A stretch of 64,000 nt of DNA from Chlamydiia bacterium (lineage in GTDB: Bacteria; Chlamydiota; Chlamydiia; Chlamydiales; 2-12-FULL-49-11). Below, piece after piece: positions 1 through 10,008 of this stretch. The stretch is taken from the NCBI GenBank assembly GCA_022601595.1, contig JAJACI010000001.1, forward strand, positions 66,536 through 130,535, read 5' to 3'. Each line of letters starts with the position of its first letter. Position 1 is the stretch's first letter. A model generated the notes under the pieces. That model saw only the letters and a program-made list of their open reading frames with translations, did not search any database and was not told the DNA's origin. The position numbers and the translations under genes were made by a program.

Positions 1-53
1 AATACGAGTTATGTGGTATACTCTAGTGCACAAAATAAAGAGAATAGTATATT

Positions 54-482
54 ATGGATATGTCCCCAAGAAAGAGCCGTGAGATTTATGTACAGATGCT
101 CTATTTATTAGAAGATAATGATGATATCTCTCTTGATTCTCTAGTTTCTCTTATGTCAGTATTTCGTGTTAGTAAAAAGAATATGTTAGAATTCTTTGAA
201 AAAGCAAAAGAAATTTTTAATGCTAGAGGTGATTTTGACAGCTATTTGGGAAATATTTCTGAAGAGTATTCTTTAGATAGGATAGCAAAAGTAGATTTGG
301 CTATTTTACGGGTGGTTTTATATGAGCTTGAGCTTGAAAAGATTCCGGTAGAGGTAGGGGTTGCAGAGGCATTACGAATAGCTAATAAATTTAGTAGCTT
401 TGGTGCTGGGAAATATCTTCATGCTATGATAGACTCTGTGTACAAAGAGATGAAGCATGATAACAAAATGGCCGCGCATTGA
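54..482 (+). CDS. nusB: Transcription antitermination factor NusB
   Basis: 142-aa ORF. C-terminal LDRIAKVDLAILRVVLYELE...EALRIANKF...KYLHAMIDSV pattern is typical of NusB. Overlaps the murB start. Confidence 0.8.
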   Translation: MDMSPRKSREIYVQMLYLLEDNDDISLDSLVSLMSVFRVSKKNMLEFFEKAKEIFNARGDFDSYLGNISEEYSLDRIAKVDLAILRVVLYELELEKIPVEVGVAEALRIANKFSSFGAGKYLHAMIDSVYKEMKHDNKMAAH

Positions 483-1320
483 GCGTGAATGTAGTTTAAG
501 ACGGTATCATACCTACGGGATTGATGCTAAAGCAAAATTCTTAATAGAAGTAAGTAACCATACACAATTAATAGAGGCATTATCTTTTGTAAAAGAAGAA
601 AATCAGCCATTTACTGTTTTGGGCAGAGGTTCTAATGTCATCTTTAAAGATGATTATTATGACGGCCTTGTGATTATCAATAAAATGACTGCTTATAAGT
701 TGGTGCAAAATACGCTTATATGTGAGGGCGGAGTAAACCTTCCTCTTATTGCAAGAAAAACGGCAAAACAAAATCTTGCAGGCCTTGAGTCTTTGGTAGG
801 GATACCAGGAACCGTTGGTGGTAGTATATTTATGAACGCAGGCATTTCAGGAGCGTGGATCTCTTCTCATCTTATTTCTGTAGAAGCGCTTTTTTTAGAT
901 GGAAGGCGAAGGATCTTTTCTAAAGAGCAATGTGAATTTTCCTATCGCTCTTCTATCTTTCATAAAAACAAAGCGGTAATAACCAAGGCGATGTTTGACC
1001 TGGTTCCTGATAGTAATGCGTCCTCTATATTACAAAAAAATTTGGCAGACCGGTTACACTCTCAACCTATTGAAGAGAAAAATTCTGGCTGTATATTTAA
1101 AAATCCAACACCTCAATTATCTGCAGGTATGTTGATTGATAAGTGCGGCTTAAAGGGGCTAAAGGCAAGCGGGGCAGAGATTAGTAGTAAGCATGCAAAT
1201 TTTATTAATAATCTAGGCAGCGCTAAATATAGAGATGTGATCTCATTAATAGATAGAGTAAAAGCAGAAGTAAAAAAACAAAAGGGGGTAGATCTTGAAT
1301 GCGAAATTAGAGTCCTATGA
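457..1320 (+). CDS. murB: UDP-N-acetylenolpyruvoylglucosamine reductase MurB
   Basis: TYGID, LGRGSNVIF, GIPGTVGGSIFMNAG (FAD-binding) and SGCIFKNP motifs. Confidence 0.9.
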   Translation: MITKWPRIERECSLRRYHTYGIDAKAKFLIEVSNHTQLIEALSFVKEENQPFTVLGRGSNVIFKDDYYDGLVIINKMTAYKLVQNTLICEGGVNLPLIARKTAKQNLAGLESLVGIPGTVGGSIFMNAGISGAWISSHLISVEALFLDGRRRIFSKEQCEFSYRSSIFHKNKAVITKAMFDLVPDSNASSILQKNLADRLHSQPIEEKNSGCIFKNPTPQLSAGMLIDKCGLKGLKASGAEISSKHANFINNLGSAKYRDVISLIDRVKAEVKKQKGVDLECEIRVL

Positions 1321-2134
1321 TATGCATTGCCACAGCACCTGTTCTGATGGATCTTTATCACCAATAGAATTACTCAACCTGGCAAAAGAGAGCGGGCTGC
1401 ATGGTATTTCTATTACCGATCACGATACAGTTGCTGCCTATACCCAAAAGACATTTGACCATGCAAAGAAGATAGGTGTGGATCTAATCCCTGGTGTGGA
1501 GTTTAGTACTGTGTACAACAAGAGAGAAGGATCAGAATCTGTTCATATTCTTGGATATGGTATAGATATTCATCACGAAAAAATCAAACACTTACAAAAG
1601 TTACATGAGCAGCGTAGAAAAGAGAGATTTGAGCAGATACTGAGCAAGCTAAAGGCGGGCGGATTTGATCTAACAGATGGGAATTTTGATAAAGAGAAAA
1701 GAGGCTCTGTAGGAAGACCTCATATTGCCTTGGCGCTTATTGAAAAAGGCTATGCAGCCGATATGAAGATGGCTTTTAGAAAATTTTTAGGAGATAGAGC
1801 TCCTTATTTTGTTCCTTCTAATATGCCCTCTATTGAAGAAACGATAGCGACCATTAAAATTGCAGGAGGCAAAGCAATTCTTGCTCATCCAATACTCATT
1901 AAAGGGAGAAAGATCTTAAGGAAGATTATGTCCTCTTATCAGTTTGATGGTATGGAATGCTACTACGGGAATTTTCCTCGCGATAGAATAGAGTTTTTAT
2001 TGAAGATGTGCGAGCATAAAAACTTGCTGATCACAGGAGGCTCAGACTTTCACGGCGAGCATCGCACCTTTGTAACACTTGGATCTTCATTTATGACAAA
2101 ACAGGCGCTAGGGAGTCTTTTATCGCGCTGCTAG
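1295..2134 (+). CDS. PHP-domain metal-dependent phosphoesterase (TrpH/YciV-like)
   Basis: N-terminal DMHCHSTCSDGS...ISITDHDTV PHP metal-site motifs and C-terminal GGSDFHG. The start could be the internal Met at 1322. Confidence 0.8.
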   Translation: MNAKLESYDMHCHSTCSDGSLSPIELLNLAKESGLHGISITDHDTVAAYTQKTFDHAKKIGVDLIPGVEFSTVYNKREGSESVHILGYGIDIHHEKIKHLQKLHEQRRKERFEQILSKLKAGGFDLTDGNFDKEKRGSVGRPHIALALIEKGYAADMKMAFRKFLGDRAPYFVPSNMPSIEETIATIKIAGGKAILAHPILIKGRKILRKIMSSYQFDGMECYYGNFPRDRIEFLLKMCEHKNLLITGGSDFHGEHRTFVTLGSSFMTKQALGSLLSRC

Positions 2135-2169
2135 ATAAACTCCTCCGTCCAAAAAAATATCACAGCAAG

Positions 2170-3192
2170 ATGCACAGCCTTGAAGAGGTTAAAGATGGCT
2201 ATAAGAAGCTTGGATCACCTGCAAAGCATTTTAAAACAGTTCATGTTACAGGCACCAACGGCAAGGGAACGGTATCATTAAATATTGCTAAAGGGCTGGA
2301 GAATCAGAGGTATAAGACAGCGCTATTTTCTTCTCCACATATTCATAGCGTTACCGAAAGGATCTCTATCAATGGAGATGAAATCTCTCTTGCTCGTATG
2401 GAAAAAATCTACAAAGAAAATATTTCCATTTTAGAGAAATTTTATTTTTTTGAATTGCTCACCTTGATTGCCTATATTTATTTTGCCGAAGAAGGGGTAG
2501 ATATAGCAGTTATTGAAGTGGGGGTTGGCGGTTTACACGATTCCACAAACGTTATCCACCCAGTGCTCTCTGTTATCACCAATATCACCTTTGATCATAC
2601 GCAGCTGCTTGGTAGCAGCCTAGAGAGCATTGCCTACAACAAAGCAAAGATCATAAAAAAAGATACCCCAGTCATTCTTGGTTTTCATGCAAGACACCCT
2701 TTAGTCTATGAACAGGCAAAGCAAGTAAATGCAAAAGTGATCGATCTTGATAGAGAATATGAGGATTACTTGGAGGAAAATAAGGCTATCTCCGATGCCG
2801 CTTTATTAGAGCTAGGAATAGAGCCCTCTAAAGAGTTTTTTTCTCCTCCTGCACGATTTGAGGTGCACAAAAACATCATTTTTGACATGGCACATAATAG
2901 AGCTGGGTTCTTGTCTTTAAAACAAAAATGTCTAAAGACCTATCCTTCGAAGAAAATAATAGCAATATGGAACATTGCCTCTGATAAAGAGATTCTCCCA
3001 TGCCTTGAAATACTGCACTCTTTCACCGAGGAGGTATACTTCTATCCCTCTACATCTGATAGGCTGATCACCAAAGAGATGGCAAAACAACTAGGCCTTA
3101 AAGAATATGATGGCGAGCAGTCCGATCTTATCTTAGCTTGCGGTAGCGCCTATATTATGGATGATCTTAAGGTGCTTCTCGGCTGCCTATAA
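2170..3192 (+). CDS. folC: Folylpolyglutamate synthase / dihydrofolate synthase
   Basis: VTGTNGKGT P-loop, SSPHIHSVTERISING, and Mur-ligase-type ITNITFDHTQLLG. Shorter N-terminus than is typical. Confidence 0.8.
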   Translation: MHSLEEVKDGYKKLGSPAKHFKTVHVTGTNGKGTVSLNIAKGLENQRYKTALFSSPHIHSVTERISINGDEISLARMEKIYKENISILEKFYFFELLTLIAYIYFAEEGVDIAVIEVGVGGLHDSTNVIHPVLSVITNITFDHTQLLGSSLESIAYNKAKIIKKDTPVILGFHARHPLVYEQAKQVNAKVIDLDREYEDYLEENKAISDAALLELGIEPSKEFFSPPARFEVHKNIIFDMAHNRAGFLSLKQKCLKTYPSKKIIAIWNIASDKEILPCLEILHSFTEEVYFYPSTSDRLITKEMAKQLGLKEYDGEQSDLILACGSAYIMDDLKVLLGCL

Positions 3193-3607
3193 TCTTGTTA
3201 TATATATTAAGGATTGTCTTTATTCCATGAATAACTAAGAGACCTGTTGAAAGTGCTACAACAGTAACTAGAAGGGATAATCCATTAGTGAACCAGGCGG
3301 TACTAATAAGTATGATACCTGCAAATACTTCTGCTATAAATAAGGCAATTTTTTTTGCCTTTTGCCATGTGTTTGTGTTTTCACCAAAGATCTGCGGTAA
3401 AAATTTGCTCTCTTTGTTAAAGTCCACTACAGTTTTGTATGTTTTACGGGCGCCATTAAATGCCAATGCTCCTAATCCTATGGATCCTACCATGCACAGC
3501 ACTGCAGTACTACTCTGATAATCAGTATAAGTAGATTTATAATGCATGAGCATGTTATCATTACTTGGCATTGAGCAACAGCTCTCATAAGTGATATTTA
3601 AAAACAT
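3167..3607 (-). CDS. Hypothetical membrane protein with two hydrophobic segments (Inc-like topology)
   Basis: The tracked ORF 3167..3682 overlaps acpS, so the internal Met (MFLNITYE) at 3607 avoids the overlap. Hydrophobic stretches are AVLCMVGSIGLGALAF and IALFIAEVFAGIILISTAWFTNGLSLLVTVVALSTGLLVI. Convergent 26-nt overlap with the folC end. Confidence 0.5.
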   Translation of the reverse strand: MFLNITYESCCSMPSNDNMLMHYKSTYTDYQSSTAVLCMVGSIGLGALAFNGARKTYKTVVDFNKESKFLPQIFGENTNTWQKAKKIALFIAEVFAGIILISTAWFTNGLSLLVTVVALSTGLLVIHGIKTILNIYNKIIGSREAP

Positions 3608-3668
3608 TTTCCCCTCTCTTTTTTTAAAGTAAATATAAACATTTAGAGAGTAAATAGCAAGGATATGT

Positions 3669-4052
3669 TTAGTGCATAGCAATTGCTACTGCAGTGGCAT
3701 ACTCTTTGCAGTGAGAGAGAGAGAGATGAAATTCTGGATTATTGAAATGCGATAGGGCTGACTTAGAAAGGCGTATATGTGGCTTTCCTAAATCATCTTT
3801 GATGATTTCAATGTCGTGGAATCCTAAATCTTTTCCAATGCCGCATCCAAGTGCTTTGGAAACGGCCTCTTTAGCGCTAAAGCGAGCCGCATAACGCGGG
3901 GTGCTGTCTGAAAAGGCATCGCAATATTCTTGCTCTTCTGCGGTAAAGATTTTATCGAGGAATTTCTTTCCGTATTTCTCTATAGATTTACTAAATCTAC
4001 CGATGGCGATAATATCGGTTCCTAATCCGGTGATGTTTTTGTTGTTATTCAT
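3669..4052 (-). CDS. acpS: Holo-[acyl-carrier-protein] synthase
   Basis: GLGTDIIAIGRF, FTAEEQEYC and YAARFSAKEAVSKALG motifs. Confidence 0.85.
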   Translation of the reverse strand: MNNNKNITGLGTDIIAIGRFSKSIEKYGKKFLDKIFTAEEQEYCDAFSDSTPRYAARFSAKEAVSKALGCGIGKDLGFHDIEIIKDDLGKPHIRLSKSALSHFNNPEFHLSLSHCKEYATAVAIAMH

Positions 4053-4054
4053 AT

Positions 4055-5152
4055 TTAGTCGCGTGAGTGCTCATAGTTAGGCTGGGCATCATAGGCATAT
4101 TCTATATCTTCAACCTCTTCTACCATAGCATTGGTAAAGATGATGCGTCCTGCAGAGGTTTGTTTTACAGAAATAACTTGTGTTTCGATGATTTCACCGA
4201 TAAAGCTTCCGCCATTATTTATCACAACCATGGTACCATCTTCTAAATACCCCACCCCTTGGTTGGGCTCTTTTCCATAACGTTGTACTTTTATTTCAAT
4301 AGACTCGCCGGCCATCATGATGTTCTTTAAGGAGTTTGCTATGCTAGTAAGATCTAAATATTCAACTTCGTCCCCATCTATATGCAGCTTGGATCCTTCC
4401 GCTGTTAAGATTCTAGACTTGGTGATTTTTGCTAGTCTGTGCACCTTTTTCTTTACATCTGTTAGATCAGAAAAGTCTGTTTCGTTTTCTTTTAAATTGA
4501 GATTCTTGATAGACTTTAACTTTTCAAGAACAGCTATAGCCTTGCGAATACCTACTCCTGTATGCTCTTCACAGCTGTCAAGTTTTGCTTGAAGATCGCG
4601 TAGAATAAAGGTTGGAAGAATTACTCTGCTATTTAAGATGCCTGTGGAGAGAAAATCAATAGCACGAGGGTCTGATAGGATGCTATCATCTATGATGATA
4701 TTTTTTTCGTTGTTTGATGCCTTGTTAAATCGAACAAAAGGTACTGATATGTGTAATTCTTCGGCGCAAGCAAAGGTTGCTACCATCCCTAGATGAATGC
4801 TGATAAGATATATAAGAGCTTTTGGAAATGTAATTAAATAAGAGGGGATAGAATTACCGAAAGCGGAAGAAAAGATGATGGTATCAAAGATTCCGCCTAA
4901 TGCTTTGCCTAAAAAGATACCTACAAAAAGCCCTAGTATAAGCGTTGCTAATACCCTAAGATGTACTTTCCTGACCGCTTTGTCTAAAGTGGCAAGTAGA
5001 AAGCATAAAAGAGCGCCGCAGAGTATCCCTGCAAGAAGATTTAAAGAGGTAGATCCTCCAAAGAGAGGCTTTATAAAGAGGAAGGATAAGAGGGTAAAGA
5101 GGGAGATGATAGCAGATGTTATAATACGAGTAAGTTTGATAGGTAGATCCAT
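4055..5152 (-). CDS. PIN/TRAM-domain integral membrane protein (YacL-like)
   Basis: N-terminal multi-TM region, a central PIN-like segment (IIDDSILSDPRAIDFL...ILPTFILRDLQ) and a C-terminal TRAM-like segment (GVGYLEDGTMVVINNGG...SAGRIIF). Confidence 0.7.
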   Translation of the reverse strand: MDLPIKLTRIITSAIISLFTLLSFLFIKPLFGGSTSLNLLAGILCGALLCFLLATLDKAVRKVHLRVLATLILGLFVGIFLGKALGGIFDTIIFSSAFGNSIPSYLITFPKALIYLISIHLGMVATFACAEELHISVPFVRFNKASNNEKNIIIDDSILSDPRAIDFLSTGILNSRVILPTFILRDLQAKLDSCEEHTGVGIRKAIAVLEKLKSIKNLNLKENETDFSDLTDVKKKVHRLAKITKSRILTAEGSKLHIDGDEVEYLDLTSIANSLKNIMMAGESIEIKVQRYGKEPNQGVGYLEDGTMVVINNGGSFIGEIIETQVISVKQTSAGRIIFTNAMVEEVEDIEYAYDAQPNYEHSRD

Positions 5153-5183
5153 TTAAATTTCCTTAAAATATATTTTCTTCATA

Positions 5184-6218
5184 TTAGTGTTCATGGACTT
5201 TTTTGTCGAGAGCCTCTTTTTTACCAAGCGCTTTTATGATCAGGACAAGCCCAAAAAGGATCATAGGAATGCTTAATAGCTGACCAGTTTGTAAGGGGAA
5301 GTGATAGTCATATATTGATTGTGGAACTTTCAAAAATTCTAGGAAAAACCTTACGCTAAAAGAGATTACTAAAGTTAAACCTGTGTATAAACCTGTTTGT
5401 TTTTTATAGGTATTTTTTTTCCACAGAGAGAATAAGAGGAAAAAGACCGATGCGTACAATAAAAATTCATATAATTGCATGGGATGTCTTGCAACAGGTA
5501 GAGCCCCATCTGCAGGATGCTTAAAAATAATGGCCCACGGTAAAGAAGAGGCAGCGCCTAAAATCTCTTGATTGACAAAATTGCCTATACGAATCCAGCT
5601 GCACACAAAGATGGTGGGTATGCTGATAAGATCCATAAAAGTGAGAAAGGAAATGCTTCTTTTACGTATAAAAAGATAGGCTGCGATAAAAATAGCAATA
5701 ATACCGCCATGACTTGCAAGCCCCCCTTCCCAAGTCTTAATGATCATAATGGGAGAAGTTATATACGGCCATATATTTTCATAAAAAAGGATGTGACCGA
5801 GCCTGGATCCAACAACCGTTGCAATAATGATATATAACAGCGCCGACTCTGCAAATGTAATGCTTTGAGATTGGATAGAAGGGATGGGATCTTCCTCTCT
5901 TTCTTCTAAATAAAGGCGTAGTTTTAATTGGTCCACTTTCTCTTTGTTCGATACCCTTGCTTGATAAAAATCTAATAACTTCTGCCCTTTTTTGGAGAGA
6001 ACAAAATCGCTAGGAATGCGAGCCTTTTCATACTTTTCAGGGATAGTAATATTTTGAAGAGAATACCTTGCATAGATCCAAATAAAAATTTTATAACCAA
6101 CATAGAAAGATGCGGAAAATATCACCCCATACCAAGCTATATCATGCTCTATAAAAGGGATAGAGAAGCATACAGGGTCCATATCAAAGGTGATAAAAGA
6201 AAAAAGCATAGCAAACAT
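5184..6218 (-). CDS. lgt: Prolipoprotein diacylglyceryl transferase
   Basis: GGLASHGG, RIGNFVNQEILG, PWAIIF and HPMQLYE motifs. Carries an ~80-aa charged insertion after the first TM pair. Confidence 0.85.
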   Translation of the reverse strand: MFAMLFSFITFDMDPVCFSIPFIEHDIAWYGVIFSASFYVGYKIFIWIYARYSLQNITIPEKYEKARIPSDFVLSKKGQKLLDFYQARVSNKEKVDQLKLRLYLEEREEDPIPSIQSQSITFAESALLYIIIATVVGSRLGHILFYENIWPYITSPIMIIKTWEGGLASHGGIIAIFIAAYLFIRKRSISFLTFMDLISIPTIFVCSWIRIGNFVNQEILGAASSLPWAIIFKHPADGALPVARHPMQLYEFLLYASVFFLLFSLWKKNTYKKQTGLYTGLTLVISFSVRFFLEFLKVPQSIYDYHFPLQTGQLLSIPMILFGLVLIIKALGKKEALDKKVHEH

Positions 6219-6282
6219 TTTAAATCCTCAAAATTCTGACTTTACTATACCCCTTTCTTGAATTTAAGACCACCGTTGATCA

Positions 6283-6449
6283 TTTAGGAGACTCTGATAA
6301 ACTACACCTTTTAGAATCTTTTCAGATTTTTTGAAATAAATCCGATTTTGGAGTAAGCTGCATCCCCGTAGGGATGGGGCGAAACGAAAAATAGGATGTA
6401 TCAAAAATCTGGAAGATTATAAAACTGTCCGTTTTTCAGAGTCTTCTTA
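6283..6449 (+). mobile_element. MITE-like palindromic element, subfamily A, copy A1
   Basis: Termini TTTAGGAGACTCTGATAAAC ... GTTTTTCAGAGTCTTCTTA and central hairpin CATCCC-CGTA-GGGATG. About 90% identical by eye to 10580-10746. Its right end supplies the stop of 6447..6755. Confidence 0.9.
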
Positions 6450-6755
6450 GGGGTTAGGAACCCATATGCTGTTGATAGCAACATCTTTTATAATCACTTG
6501 AGTATGGTCAGAACTTCCTGCATCAAAAAAATGCACCGTAATTCTATGAGCTACTTCTTTTCTATCGTAGCCACTAAATTCTTTTAAGATGGCATAATTT
6601 CTTTTTCCACTTGTTCGAGAAATAACTACTACATCTTCATGATGTAGGTCGCTGTATTTAACGCGTTTAAATTTAGTGTCTTTGTCTATGACTCCTAAGG
6701 TTTGTAAGAGTTTATTTTGATAGATATCTGCAGGCAATCTTATGGAAGCTGTCAT
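6447..6755 (-). CDS. Hypothetical protein (102 aa)
   Basis: ORF with a TAAGGAGACTTCC-ATG ribosome-binding context. The stop codon lies in the terminus of element A1. No recognisable family. Confidence 0.55.
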   Translation of the reverse strand: MTASIRLPADIYQNKLLQTLGVIDKDTKFKRVKYSDLHHEDVVVISRTSGKRNYAILKEFSGYDRKEVAHRITVHFFDAGSSDHTQVIIKDVAINSIWVPNP

Positions 6756-6756
6756 G

Positions 6757-6812
6757 GAAGTCTCCTTAAGGAACCTCTGAATAACTGCTGGTTTTTAAGG
6801 TAATAACTATAC
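6757..6812. repeat. Back-to-back element termini (A-type end fused to B-type arm fragment)
   Basis: GGAAGTCTCCTTAAGGAACCTCTGAATAACTGCTGGTTT matches an outward A-type end plus the first ~30 bp of the B-type arm (compare 41582-41612 and the reverse complement of 19555-19584). Confidence 0.7.
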
Positions 6813-6842
6813 ATATTCTTTGTATTGTTTTATGCTGTTTGC

Positions 6843-7253
6843 ATGGGATATCAGATAAAAATATATCTTGTGGGAAGGCGACATCCTGCGGTTTTGGCAG
6901 ATGCTATTGGCTCGTATGAAAAGCGGATAAAAGGGCACGTTTCTTTAGAATGGGTGATTCTAAAATCAGATAAGGAATTGGAGGAAAGGCTTGCTAGCAA
7001 AGAGTATTATTGCTTTGATGTGCTTGGCAAAGACTATACAAGCGAGTCTTTTTCAAAATTGCTTACATCGAAGATGCATTGGAATTTTGTAATAGGAGGT
7101 GCCTCAGGGCTTCCAAAAGAGGTGGTAAAAGGTGCGCGCGCTCTTATTAGTTTTTCCAAATTCACTTTTCCTCATGAGATAGTAAGATTATTGGTAGTGG
7201 AGCAAATTTATCGGGCTTTTGAGATAGGAAGAGGATCGCCATACCATAAGTAG
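6843..7253 (+). CDS. rlmH: 23S rRNA (pseudouridine1915-N3)-methyltransferase RlmH
   Basis: SPOUT C-terminus FVIGGASGLPKEV...FSKFTFPHEIVRLLVVEQIYRAFEIGRGSPYHK. ATG at 6843 is preferred over the TTG at 6825. Confidence 0.85.
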   Translation: MGYQIKIYLVGRRHPAVLADAIGSYEKRIKGHVSLEWVILKSDKELEERLASKEYYCFDVLGKDYTSESFSKLLTSKMHWNFVIGGASGLPKEVVKGARALISFSKFTFPHEIVRLLVVEQIYRAFEIGRGSPYHK

Positions 7254-7255
7254 AG

Positions 7256-9124
7256 CTAGCTGCCAGATGCTTTTTTCTCTTCAGAATGTAGGATGTTACC
7301 CACGTAAGCTTCTACAAATGGGATGTATGGAAGAAGGGATCTTGTGATGGAGGAGAGCTCTGCCATGTAAAACTCTTTAAACACCGTTTGTTTGTCATGG
7401 GAAAGGCTATGCAGGTGCCATTTTTGAAATCTATCAAAAGGGGTTTCGTTTTTACCCTTCAAGTAGGCGAAGTGGTAATATAAGTAGTAGAGAGAGACTC
7501 TTTTTCTAATGGAGTTTTTCCAAGGTATGAGCCCTGGATGTTTTTTCAGGAATTTTTTAGTAATGGTTTCAATAATTTCTGCATGAGAAAGGTTCCTTAG
7601 CTCAAAGCTTTTCATTTCTTCTTTGAGGATTTTGAAAATGGGGTGATCTTGTGAGAACTTTAAGTGTGCGGCAAGAGTTAAATTCTGAATGCTCCAGTAG
7701 TGAGTACGATCGTTTAGATCATCACCTTTAAGCTCACTTATCCGTTTTAGGTGTTTGATAGAGAGTTCTACTATTTCAGGAAAAGGAAGCTTTGCGTGAT
7801 CAAGGTATAATCCTGCTATTTCATCTTCAATAGTGTGAATTAGATGGGATGGGATTTTCCAGGTATCTTGTAAATCTTCTTTTAGATTTTTCCAGACAAC
7901 AATTTCCAACATAGGAATATTATCGACAGGGAAAGAAGGAAGGTGCGCCATCCTATCAAATAGAGAGATTAGCAAGTTAAGAAGATAATTTTTTATATTT
8001 TTAATCCCTTTTTTCTCAGCAAGGAGGATTTCACTGTTAAGAAAATGGAAAATTTCTTTTCTTATGACAGGTTTACCCAAATTAAAATCAGAAGAGCGTA
8101 GGGAATAGATGTACTCTATTGCAGACTTCAATCCAGAGATAGCTTCTTTTTTACCAAGAGTTTCTTTGATACGCAGGACAAAAAGGATTCGTTTGGCAAA
8201 AGAAAGGCGTCCGGGAGCTGTGATTTTTTTCTCTTCTTCTAATATACGGGTATGTTCTGCGCAAATGAAAGCTTCAATTATCTTAAGTGACTCTTTATCA
8301 TAGAAGCTGTGCAGGGGAGAGGCGGGATACATTTTATCGGCTATGATAGAGGAGATTTGCGGCGTAAGTTCTCTGAAATTACGTATTCTATTGATAGAAA
8401 GAAGCCCTTTGATTTTTCCTAATAATTTTTCTTGCACCACTGACTGAGCTAAGAGAGGACTCTCAGCGATAATCTCTAGTTGAAATCGAATAAGAAGTTT
8501 ATCTAAAGTGTCTATAGATTCATATGGCGAGGCTGTTTTGTCAAAAGTAGGGATGAGCTGTTTTTGCATAGCCCAGATAACTTTGGTGAGCTTACTTTTC
8601 TCTATAGACTCACCATCAATTGCTGCAATACACTCAGAAATTTTTCCGGTGATGTGGTGGGCAAAATGGAAGGATGCTGTCGAGGCAGGAAGTTCTTTTT
8701 CGAAAAATAAAGAGAGGTTCTCGCGAATCAAATAGGAAATGTCGAGTTTCCCATTTTGACTGTATGCGTAATGCTTTTCTAAATATTTTACATAGTAGTG
8801 GATCTTTTCCCAAGTTTTTTTCAGTGCGGAAATACCGAGTCTATAATGAGGAAAGTGTTCTCTAAACTCTGGAAGGACTTCGGCAAGAAGGGTTTTTTGA
8901 ATATTTTGTGACCATTTCTTAGGATGACTTTTTTTTACGATCTCTTTTTTTAAGCGCTTTGCAAGGAATAAAGAGAGCTTAGAAAAAGGGTCGTGAAAGT
9001 CATTTGCCTCTTCCACCGGATAAAGGAAACCATGTTTATGTAGAGCCTTTTGATCACCCTTGGAGTATATGCGATTTAGAGCATCCTTCCCGTGATTTAA
9101 GCCTTCATTAAAATTTTTCGACAT
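7256..9124 (-). CDS. Hypothetical protein (622 aa, predicted helical)
   Basis: Long uninterrupted ORF in an AT-rich context. No family recognised. Confidence 0.7.
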   Translation of the reverse strand: MSKNFNEGLNHGKDALNRIYSKGDQKALHKHGFLYPVEEANDFHDPFSKLSLFLAKRLKKEIVKKSHPKKWSQNIQKTLLAEVLPEFREHFPHYRLGISALKKTWEKIHYYVKYLEKHYAYSQNGKLDISYLIRENLSLFFEKELPASTASFHFAHHITGKISECIAAIDGESIEKSKLTKVIWAMQKQLIPTFDKTASPYESIDTLDKLLIRFQLEIIAESPLLAQSVVQEKLLGKIKGLLSINRIRNFRELTPQISSIIADKMYPASPLHSFYDKESLKIIEAFICAEHTRILEEEKKITAPGRLSFAKRILFVLRIKETLGKKEAISGLKSAIEYIYSLRSSDFNLGKPVIRKEIFHFLNSEILLAEKKGIKNIKNYLLNLLISLFDRMAHLPSFPVDNIPMLEIVVWKNLKEDLQDTWKIPSHLIHTIEDEIAGLYLDHAKLPFPEIVELSIKHLKRISELKGDDLNDRTHYWSIQNLTLAAHLKFSQDHPIFKILKEEMKSFELRNLSHAEIIETITKKFLKKHPGLIPWKNSIRKRVSLYYLYYHFAYLKGKNETPFDRFQKWHLHSLSHDKQTVFKEFYMAELSSITRSLLPYIPFVEAYVGNILHSEEKKASGS

Positions 9125-9353
9125 GGGTCATTTTTTTTTTTAGTTAAGCTTTGTTCTATATTAAACTCATTTTTTTGTCTAATGATTATATTACTTGTTT
9201 AATAATCAGGTAGTTTAATTATTGCGTGGATTTTTCTAATCCCTTATCAGACTTTGTCTTAGGGAAATTCTCTTTTTTTAAAAGTTCCTTTTGAGGAAAA
9301 GAAAAAAAATGATACACTTATGGTAATTTCTAAAAACAAGAAAAGGTTCTGAT

Positions 9354-9791
9354 ATGAATTATACATGGATTGCAGGTAATCTAGGGGCAGATCCCGAGAC
9401 AAGATTTACTCCGTCTGGAAAAAAAGTAACAAGTTTAAGAGTTGCTACTAAATCACGTAAAAATGGTGCTGATGAGACAATGTGGATGAAGGTAACTATT
9501 TGGGGAGAGACTTTTGATAAAATCTTGCCTTATTTTAAAAAAGGAAGCGCAATAGTAGTATGCGGGGAGTTAATGATACCTGACATCTATCAAAATAGAG
9601 ATGGTGTTACTCAAGTGTCGATGGCTATTACTGCACATCACATCTCCTTTAGCCCGTTTGGTAAAGGAAAATCCTCAGAAGGTGCAAATCAAGGCGCAGC
9701 AGCTGCAGGCGGATTTAGTGCGGCTCCAGCTCAGGCTTTTGCTTCTAACCCACCCCCATCAGAAATTCCTGATGAAGGAATCCCTTTTTAG
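9354..9791 (+). CDS. ssb: Single-stranded DNA-binding protein
   Basis: OB-fold N-terminus GNLGADPETRFTPSGKKVTSLRVAT, a Gly/Ala/Pro-rich linker and an acidic tail DEGIPF. Confidence 0.9.
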   Translation: MNYTWIAGNLGADPETRFTPSGKKVTSLRVATKSRKNGADETMWMKVTIWGETFDKILPYFKKGSAIVVCGELMIPDIYQNRDGVTQVSMAITAHHISFSPFGKGKSSEGANQGAAAAGGFSAAPAQAFASNPPPSEIPDEGIPF

Positions 9792-9839
9792 TGATAGAAA
9801 TTTAGAACATAAAGGCTTATAAAGGCCTTTTAATAACAA

Positions 9840-9885
9840 TCCATCCTTCCTATCTGTTTCAGGTAGTGAGGGATGGATTTTTCTT
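9840..9885 (+). terminator. Rho-independent terminator after ssb
   Basis: Stem TCCATCCTTC / GAGGGATGGA followed by TTTTTCTTT. Confidence 0.5.
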
Positions 9886-10008
9886 TATCAAATATTTGCA
9901 AATAAAATACCAAATTTGGTTAGTTGGAGTTAGATATCTTTTTGGAAGGGCAGGTATACTGTGCTTTTAAAAAAGAAAAAAAACTAACGTACTAACTATA
10001 GAGGTATT

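Noticed and set aside
9601-9822. 73-aa plus-strand ORF overlapping the ssb 3' half in another frame.
   Set aside because: This alternative frame runs through the Gly/Ala/Pro-rich ssb linker. The ssb frame is strongly supported up to its acidic DEGIPF tail.
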